Source: Actinomycetota bacterium (GTDB lineage Bacteria; Actinomycetota; Actinomycetes; Propionibacteriales; Nocardioidaceae). Taken from it: 34,064 nucleotides of DNA. The position numbers were made by a program, and so were the translations under genes. Positions 25,867-34,064 of this stretch are shown here, one piece after another (position 1 is the first letter of the stretch; the number at the start of each line of letters is the position of its first letter). Under the pieces are notes generated by a model. It searched no databases and was not told where the DNA came from. It saw only the letters and a program-made list of their open reading frames with translations. The DNA is taken from contig JBKPNJ010000085.1 of NCBI GenBank assembly GCA_046732575.1, positions 1 to 34,064 of the forward strand. Direction: 5' to 3'.

Positions 25867-26070
25867 GCGTCGCAGGGGGTACGGGCTGCGCAGCGGCTGA
25901 TACCCTGGATACTCGACCGATCGCGCCCGCAGCACCCGCCATACGTGCGGTGAGCGCGATTCGCAAGCGGAGCCCACTCCCACCCGCCTCGACCGACAGG
26001 TTGTCGGGTCCGGTCAACCGGCCCTCACCGGCCGGTTCTGCGTCGCCAGGGGGACCTGGCGGCGTCGGGT

Positions 26071-26107
26071 GGCTTCCGTGCGTGACGGTACGGAAGCCTT
26101 TTTCGTT
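26071..26107 (+). terminator. Intrinsic terminator/attenuator-like hairpin with a U-tract in the infC leader
   Basis: Perfect 9-bp stem GGCTTCCGT (26071-26079) / ACGGAAGCC (26090-26098), a 10-nt loop, then TTTTTCGTT. It lies 42 nt upstream of the infC start codon. Confidence 0.6.
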
Positions 26108-26149
26108 CCGGTGGTCGACAGCCCACTCACCGACTCTCCAGGAGGACCC

Positions 26150-26824
26150 ATTACCACAGAGTTGCGCGTCAACGACCGAATCCGTGTACCGGAGGTACGG
26201 CTCGTCGGTCCGAACGGCGAACAGGTCGGCATCGTGCGCATCGACGATGCGCTCAGGCTGGCCCAGGAATCCGAGCTGGACCTGGTCGAGGTAGCCCCGA
26301 CCGCGCGTCCACCGGTCTGCAAGCTGATGGACTACGGCAAGTACAAGTACGAGACCGCCCAGAAGGCACGCGAAGCGCGACGCAACCAGACCAACACGGT
26401 GATCAAGGAGATGAAGCTCCGGCCCAAGATCGACTCGCACGACTACGAGACGAAGAAGGGTCACGTCGTCCGGTTCCTGCGGGCCGGGGACAAGGTCAAG
26501 ATCACGATCATGTTCCGGGGAAGAGAGCAGCACCGGCCAGAGCTGGGATTCCGGCTGCTGCAGCGGCTGGCCGAGGACGTCACGGAGCTGGGCTACGTCG
26601 AGTCCGCACCCAAGCAGGACGGCCGGAACATGATCATGGTGTTGGGGCCCCACAAGAAGAAGTCAGAGGCGAAGGCCGACGTCAGAGCCGACAAGGCGCG
26701 CGAGATCGCCGAACGCGACGCCGATCGGGAGGCGCAGCGCGCGCACCGGGTCGCCAGCCGCCCTGAGCACGTATCACCGAAGAAGCCTCGCGGTCACTCG
26801 GAGAACCTCGACCCGGACATGTGA
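26150..26824 (+). CDS. infC: Translation initiation factor IF-3, ATT (AUU) start codon
   Basis: [27 protein letters not shown]...[11 protein letters not shown]...[12 protein letters not shown] is canonical IF-3. AGGAGGA (26140-26146) lies 3 nt upstream of an in-frame ATT at 26150. The GTG at 26069 in the ORF track would place the terminator hairpin inside the CDS. Confidence 0.88.
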   Translation: MTTELRVNDRIRVPEVRLVGPNGEQVGIVRIDDALRLAQESELDLVEVAPTARPPVCKLMDYGKYKYETAQKAREARRNQTNTVIKEMKLRPKIDSHDYETKKGHVVRFLRAGDKVKITIMFRGREQHRPELGFRLLQRLAEDVTELGYVESAPKQDGRNMIMVLGPHKKKSEAKADVRADKAREIAERDADREAQRAHRVASRPEHVSPKKPRGHSENLDPDM

Positions 26825-26913
26825 GCGACGTACCGCACGAGCCAGGCAGCACGACATCGAAGCACAACGACTGAAGCCATGCTTCACAAGGGATCGAAAG
26901 AGGTCGCAGGGCA

Positions 26914-27108
26914 ATGCCGAAGATGAAGATGCACTCCGGTGCGCGCAAGCGCTTCAAGGTGACCGGGTCGGGCAAGGTGCTGCGCGGGAAGGCCAACCGT
27001 GCCCACCTGCTCGAGCACAAGTCGTCGACTCGCAAGCGCCGGCTGGCCGGCACCCAGACCGTATCCAAGGCCGACACGAAGAGGGCCAGGCGGCTGATCG
27101 GGAAGTAG
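26914..27108 (+). CDS. rpmI: 50S ribosomal protein L35
   Basis: [22 protein letters not shown]... Confidence 0.95.
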   Translation: MPKMKMHSGARKRFKVTGSGKVLRGKANRAHLLEHKSSTRKRRLAGTQTVSKADTKRARRLIGK

Positions 27109-27177
27109 ATCTCGTTCCTCGACCCCCAGGCGCCGTGCGCACCGCGCACTCGGCGTCGCTTTTCCAAGGAGTAACAC

Positions 27178-27564
27178 GTGGCACGCGTCAAGAGGGCCGT
27201 CAACGCCCACAAGAAGCGCCGGGAGACCCTCGAGCGCGCCTCCGGCTACCGCGGCCAGCGGTCGCGGCTGTATCGCAAGGCCAAGGAGCAGGTCACGCAC
27301 TCGCTGGTCTACAGCTACCGTGACCGCAAGGCCCGCAAGGGCGACTTCCGCCGGCTGTGGATCACGCGGATCAACGCGGCTGCCCGTGCCAACGGCATGA
27401 CCTACAACCGGTTCATCCAGGGTCTGCACGCCGCGGGCGTCGAGGTCGACCGCAAGATTCTGGCCGACCTGGCGGTCAATGACAGCGCCGCGTTCGCCAA
27501 GCTGGTCGAGCTGGCCAGGGCCAACCTACCGAGCACGGATACCGGCGACGGCGCCGCTGCCTGA
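27178..27564 (+). CDS. rplT: 50S ribosomal protein L20
   Basis: (M)[14 protein letters not shown]...[20 protein letters not shown] start preceded by AAGGAG. Confidence 0.95.
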   Translation: MARVKRAVNAHKKRRETLERASGYRGQRSRLYRKAKEQVTHSLVYSYRDRKARKGDFRRLWITRINAAARANGMTYNRFIQGLHAAGVEVDRKILADLAVNDSAAFAKLVELARANLPSTDTGDGAAA

Positions 27565-27589
27565 GGCAGGCGCGGACGGATCGAGTCAG

Positions 27590-28408
27590 GTGCCGGCCGT
27601 CGACCTGACCTCGCCGTCGTCCGCGGTGGTGAAGGCGGCCCGTCGGCTGGCGAATGCCAAGACGCGGGCGCGCCGGCGGATGTTTCTCGCCGAGGGACCA
27701 CGGGCGGTGCGCGAGGCGCTGGGCCGCCCGGGCACGGTCACCGAGGTGTTCGCCTCCGCGGAGGCCACCGACCGGAATCCGGTGATGCGGCAGGCGGCTG
27801 CCGAGGGCGGCATCGCCTGGTGGCCGGTGTCGGAACAGGTGATGCGCTCGTTGAGCAGCACCGTCACCCCCCAGGGCCTGGTGGCTGCCTGCCGTTTCGT
27901 CGATCAGCCGCTCCAGGCGATCCTCGGGCTGGTGCCCGGTCTGCTGGTGGTCTGCGTGGACACCCGGGACCCCGGTAACGCCGGAACGGTGATCCGTTGC
28001 GCCGACGCGGCCGGCGCCGACGGGGTGGTGCTGGCCGGCGGGTCGGTCGATCCGTACAACGGCAAGTGCGTGCGGGCGAGCGTCGGGAGCCTGTTTCATC
28101 TGCCCGTCTGCACGCCCGGGCACTCGCTCGACGTGCTGGCTGAGCTCGGGGCAGCTGGGCTGCAGCTGCTCGCCACCGACGCCTCCGGCGACACGAGCCT
28201 CGACGACCTCATCGACGACGGACGGCTGTCCCGCCCGACCGCGTGGCTGTTCGGCAACGAGGCGCACGGACTCCCTGACGAGGTCGTCTCCCGAGCGGAC
28301 ACGGTCGTGCGCGTGCCCATCTACGGACAGGCCGAGAGCCTGAACCTGGCCACCGCCGCGGCAGTCTGTCTGTACGCATCGGCACGTGTCCGCCACCATG
28401 AAGGGTGA
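27590..28408 (+). CDS. TrmH/SpoU-family RNA 2'-O-methyltransferase (TsnR-like)
   Basis: FLAEGPRAVREAL, PQGLVA, DPGNAGTVIRCADAAGA, LFGNEAHGL and ESLNLATAAAV. The GTG 27590 start is inferred because the upstream part of the ORF overlaps rplT. Confidence 0.85.
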   Translation: MPAVDLTSPSSAVVKAARRLANAKTRARRRMFLAEGPRAVREALGRPGTVTEVFASAEATDRNPVMRQAAAEGGIAWWPVSEQVMRSLSSTVTPQGLVAACRFVDQPLQAILGLVPGLLVVCVDTRDPGNAGTVIRCADAAGADGVVLAGGSVDPYNGKCVRASVGSLFHLPVCTPGHSLDVLAELGAAGLQLLATDASGDTSLDDLIDDGRLSRPTAWLFGNEAHGLPDEVVSRADTVVRVPIYGQAESLNLATAAAVCLYASARVRHHEG

Positions 28409-28457
28409 CGCGCGCACCAGGGAACCGGGTCGCCGCACCAAGGATCCGAGCGGGGGG

Positions 28458-29570
28458 ATGGTCCACATGCCGGCACGAGGTGGCGGCGCAGCGCGGCCAC
28501 CCGGCCTTGCTGCTCCCCCGGGGCTGCTCGATGAGCTGCCCGACGGGATCGTCGTCGCCGAGGCGGACGAGCGGGTGTCCATCGTGAACGCGACCGCCTC
28601 GCGGCTGCTCAGCCTCGATGCCGACGGCGCCGTTGGCCGGCACCTGTCAGCGGTGCTGACACTGCAGGACCTCGAGGGTCGCAGCTGGTGGGACTGCGCC
28701 GAGCCGTACACCGGCCTGAGCATCCGCAACGAGCTCTGCGAGCAGGCCTGGTACGGAGAGGATGGCCGCGAGCTGCTGCTTACCGCGCGGCTGGTGCGGT
28801 CGACACCGCGCGGCCCGGTCTGCCGGGTCGTCGTCTCGCTTCGCGACGCACGCGTCCGGGCTCGAACCGACCGCGAGCGCTCCGACCTCGTCGCCACCGT
28901 CGCGCACGAGCTGCGGTCACCGCTGACTGGTGTCAAGGGCTTCACCTCGACCCTGGTGACCAAGTGGGACAGGTTCAGCGACAGCCAGCGACTGCTGATG
29001 CTGCGGACGGTCGACGCGGATGCGGACCGGCTGACCCGGCTCATCACGGACCTCCTCGACGTCGCTCGCATCGACTCCAAGCGGCTGCAGCTACGACGCG
29101 AGCCGGTCGATCTGGCCGTCGTCGCACGTGAGGTCGCCACCCGAGCACAACCGGGCGAGGGCCGTCGGGTCGACGTCAGGGTGGAGGAGCTGCCGGTGGT
29201 GTGGGCTGACCCCGACAAGTTCCACCAGATCATCGCCAACCTGGTCGACAACGCGGTTCGCCACGGCGAGGGCGATGTCGTCGTTCGGCTGCGCCCCAGC
29301 ATCGATGGTGGCGTGCACATCAGCGTCGACGACGAGGGGCCCGGCATCCCCGCACAGGCTCGGACCCGCGTCTTCATGAAGTACTGGCGCTCGGGGGCGC
29401 GAACCGGGACCGGGCTCGGCTTGTTCATCGTCAAGGGACTGGTCGAGGCTCACGGTGGACGCGTCCGGGCCGTCGCACGCACCGGAGGACGGGCCGGGGG
29501 CGGCGGGGCACGCATCGAGGTGTACCTGCCCGCCGGGCGACCCGAGGCACTCGATGATGCCCAGCCGTGA
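28458..29570 (+). CDS. Soluble PAS-domain sensor histidine kinase (HisKA + HATPase_c), no adjacent response regulator
   Basis: H-box VAHELRSPLT, N-box NLVDNAVRHG, G1 DDEGPGIP and G2 GTGLGLFIVKGLVE. The N-terminal LPDGIVVAE...VNATASRLL is PAS-like. No transmembrane segment. The start is uncertain (28386, 28398 or 28458). Confidence 0.8.
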   Translation: MVHMPARGGGAARPPGLAAPPGLLDELPDGIVVAEADERVSIVNATASRLLSLDADGAVGRHLSAVLTLQDLEGRSWWDCAEPYTGLSIRNELCEQAWYGEDGRELLLTARLVRSTPRGPVCRVVVSLRDARVRARTDRERSDLVATVAHELRSPLTGVKGFTSTLVTKWDRFSDSQRLLMLRTVDADADRLTRLITDLLDVARIDSKRLQLRREPVDLAVVAREVATRAQPGEGRRVDVRVEELPVVWADPDKFHQIIANLVDNAVRHGEGDVVVRLRPSIDGGVHISVDDEGPGIPAQARTRVFMKYWRSGARTGTGLGLFIVKGLVEAHGGRVRAVARTGGRAGGGGARIEVYLPAGRPEALDDAQP

Positions 29571-30760
<1,190 letters not shown>

Positions 30761-30761
<1 letters not shown>

Positions 30762-33235
30762 TGCGCGTGCCCCTGTCCTGGCTGCGTGAGTACGCCCAGA
30801 TCCCGGCACAGGTCCCTGCTCGGGACATCGGCGACGCGCTGGTGAAGGTGGGCCTGGAGGTCGAGAAGGTCGAGGCCGCCGGGGCCGATGTCACCGGATC
30901 CCTCGTCGTCGGCCGGGTCGTGTCGTCGGAGCCGGAGACGCACAGCAACGGCAAGACGATCCGGTGGTGCCAGGTCGACGTCGGTGGCGGCGGGCCACGG
31001 GGGATCGTCTGCGGGGCGCACAACTTCACCGCCGGTGACCTGGTGGTAGTCGCCCTGCCCGGAACCGTCCTCCCGGACGGGTTCGCGATCAGCGCCCGCC
31101 GGACGTACGGGCATGTGTCGGACGGGATGATCTGCTCCGCCCGGGAGCTGGGCCTCGGTGACGACCACACCGGCATCATCGTGCTCGGGCCGGACGAGGC
31201 CAAGGTGGGCGACGACGCGGCGGCAGTCCTGCACCTGCGCGAGGACGTGCTCGACCTCGCCGTGACCCCCGACCGCGGCTACTGCCTGTCGATCCGCGGC
31301 GTCGCCCGGGAGGCGGCTGCCGCCTTCGACGTTCCGTACACCGACCCCGCGCTGCGCGAGCTCCCGTACCGGTGCGAGGTGCGTGAAGCCGTCCAGCTCG
31401 AGGACACCACCGGCTGCGACGTGTTCGCGGCGCTCACCCTGGAAGGCTTCGACGCGGCCGTCGCCAGCCCGCGGTGGCTCCAGCGCCGCGTCCAGCTCGC
31501 CGGCATGCGCCCGATCTCGCTCAGCGTCGATGTCACCAACTACGTGATGCTCGAGCTCGGCCAGCCGGTCCACGGGTACGACGCCGACCGGCTGCGCGGC
31601 CGAGTCGTCGTCCGCCGAGCCCAGGCCGGTGAGACGCTGACCACGCTCGACGGCACGCTGCGCACTCTCGATCCCGAGGACCTGCTCATCACCGACGAGT
31701 CCGGTCCCATCGGCCTGGCCGGCGTGATGGGCGGCGAGACGACCGAGATGTCGGGCTCGACGTCGCGCGTGCTGGTCGAGGCGGCGCACTTCGACCCGGT
31801 GTCGATCGCCCGGACCGCCCGGCGTCACCGGCTCCCGTCGGAGGCCTCCAGGCGGTTCGAACGGGGCGTCGACCCGGCGATCCCGGTAGCCGCGGCGACC
31901 CGGGTGGGCGCACTGCTCACCGAGCTGGGCGGGGGGAGGGTCGTCGGTGTCACCCTGAGTGGTCGCTTCCGGCCGCCGCCGCTGGTCTCGCTCGCCGCCG
32001 GCCTCAGCAGCAGGGTTCTGGGCATGGAGGTGGCGCCGGCAACTGTCTCCCGCTGCCTGGCCACCGTCGGATGCCAGGTCGAGCAGGTCGGCCAGACCTT
32101 CGCGGTGACCCCGCCGACCTGGCGCCCCGACCTCGTCGACCCTCATGACTTCGTCGAGGAGGTCGCCAGACTCGTCGGCTACGACGCGATCCCCGCTGTG
32201 CTGCCAGCTGCCCCGGCCGGCCGCGGCATCACCCGAGACCAGCGGCTCCGCCGCCGGGTCGGTAGGGCACTGGCGGGAGCGGGGTACGTGGAGACGCTCT
32301 GCTACCCGTTCGTGGGCGACCGCGACTGGGACGCGATGGGCCTCGCGCCCGACGACCCCCGGCGATCCACCGTGCGGATCGCGAATCCCTTGTCGGATGA
32401 GGCGCCCGGACTGCGGACGACGCTGCTGCCGGGGCTGCTTCAGGCCGCGGCGCGCAACCTGGGTCGGGGCCGGCCGGGCGTCGCCCTGTTCGAGATCGGG
32501 CGGGCCTTCTCCCCGCGTCGTGGTCCCGCCCGGCAAGCGCCGCGGCTGTCGGTTGACGGTCGTCCCACCGAGGAAGAGCTCGCAGCACTCGAGGCGGCTC
32601 TGCCCGAGCAGCCACACCACTGTGCGGTGGTGCTCGCCGGCGATCGGGTGCCGGCGGGTTGGTGGGGACCGTCCCGCCAGGCGGGCTGGGCTGATGCCAT
32701 CGCGGCTGTCCGGGTAGCAGCGTCGGCGCTCGGGGTGCAACTCGAGGTGCGCCAGGCGAGGCGGGCGCCATGGCATCCGGGTCGCTGCGCCGAGCTTGTC
32801 CTCGACGGAGTGGTGGTGGGGGCCGCCGGGGAGCTTCACCCCAAGGTCGCCAAGGCCTACGGCTTCCCGGCACGAGCGAGCGCCGGGGAGGCGCACCTCG
32901 ACGCGCTGTTCGCTGCTGCACCACTGATCACGCCGGCACCGGCGTTCTCCACCCAGCCGGTCGCCAAGGAGGACGTGGCCCTGGTCGTCGGTGCCGACAT
33001 CCCGGCGGCGGCCGTCGAGTCAGCGCTGCGCGACGGGGCCGGCGCGATACTGGAGTCCATTCGCCTGTTCGACGTCTACACCGGTGAGCAGATAGGGCAC
33101 GGCAAGAAGTCGCTGGCATTCGCCCTTCGCTTCCGGGCACCCGACCGGACGCTCACCGAGGCAGAGACGTCCGCCGCCCGCGACGCCGCTGTCGCGATGG
33201 CCTCAGCCCGGACCGGAGCGGTGCAGCGCGTCTGA
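30761..33235 (+). CDS. pheT: Phenylalanine--tRNA ligase beta subunit
   Basis: [12 protein letters not shown]-terminus, tRNA-binding/B3-4/B5/FDX-ACB domain order, and C-terminal [17 protein letters not shown]. The ATG shares one base with the pheS TGA (TGATG). Confidence 0.95.
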
Positions 33236-33302
33236 CCCGCCTGCCCGGCCGATCGTCCGCCGACCCGGGGCAGCCTGCGACGGATTTGCGCGTGACCCCG
33301 CC

Positions 33303-34064
<762 letters not shown>

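Noticed and set aside
26069-26149. GTG 26069 as the infC start, as in the ORF track
   Set aside because: It would place a perfect terminator hairpin plus U-tract and the AGGAGGA Shine-Dalgarno inside the CDS. The added residues ([27 protein letters not shown]) are not IF-3-like, so the ATT at 26150 is preferred.
33236-33300. Possible terminator after pheT (CTGCCCGG...CCGGGGCAG)
   Set aside because: The stem is imperfect with a 15-nt loop and no U-tract. In this GC content it is not distinguishable from chance.

Overview
This is a very GC-rich actinobacterial chromosome segment, and the Nocardioides-like assignment is only a guess. G/C dominates third codon positions, so every real gene is shadowed by long antisense or out-of-frame ORFs. 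Gene calls therefore rest on recognisable protein motifs and start/stop geometry, not ORF length.

Two housekeeping blocks flank an accessory region:
- Block 1 (1-5941): the 3' end of an FMN riboswitch, then the riboflavin operon ribD-ribE-ribM(pnuX-type transporter)-ribBA-ribH, then hisE-hisG and a PH-domain membrane protein.
- Block 2 (about 24.1-34.06 kb): a P-loop protein, a membrane protein, an SseB-like protein, a structured leader, infC (AUU start)-rpmI-rplT, a TrmH-family methyltransferase, an orphan soluble PAS histidine kinase, pheS-pheT, an ARG box and the 5' part of argC.

Between them, next to a GNAT gene broken by one in-frame TGA, lies a catabolic island of about 17.6 kb (6571-24139). 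I could not recognise a regulator, mobility gene or RNA gene in it. It has two divergent, translationally coupled operons:
- Minus strand: DUF2877(YlbF-like)-FdrA-DUF1116(YlbE-like). This is the gene trio reported for E. coli oxamate carbamoyltransferase.
- Plus strand: a uracil-type NCS2 permease, a three-subunit form-II CoxL-like molybdenum hydroxylase, a tail-anchored CoxG, a CN-hydrolase, HyuA/HyuB, a HEAT-repeat protein, carbamate kinase and a barbiturase/cyanuric-acid-hydrolase-family amidohydrolase.

My main hypothesis is an oxidative pyrimidine (uracil -> barbiturate -> N-malonylurea) pathway. Its ureide would be cleaved phosphorolytically to carbamoyl phosphate, with ATP recovered by carbamate kinase. 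As far as I know this combination has not been described. It is an inference from gene content and needs experimental test.
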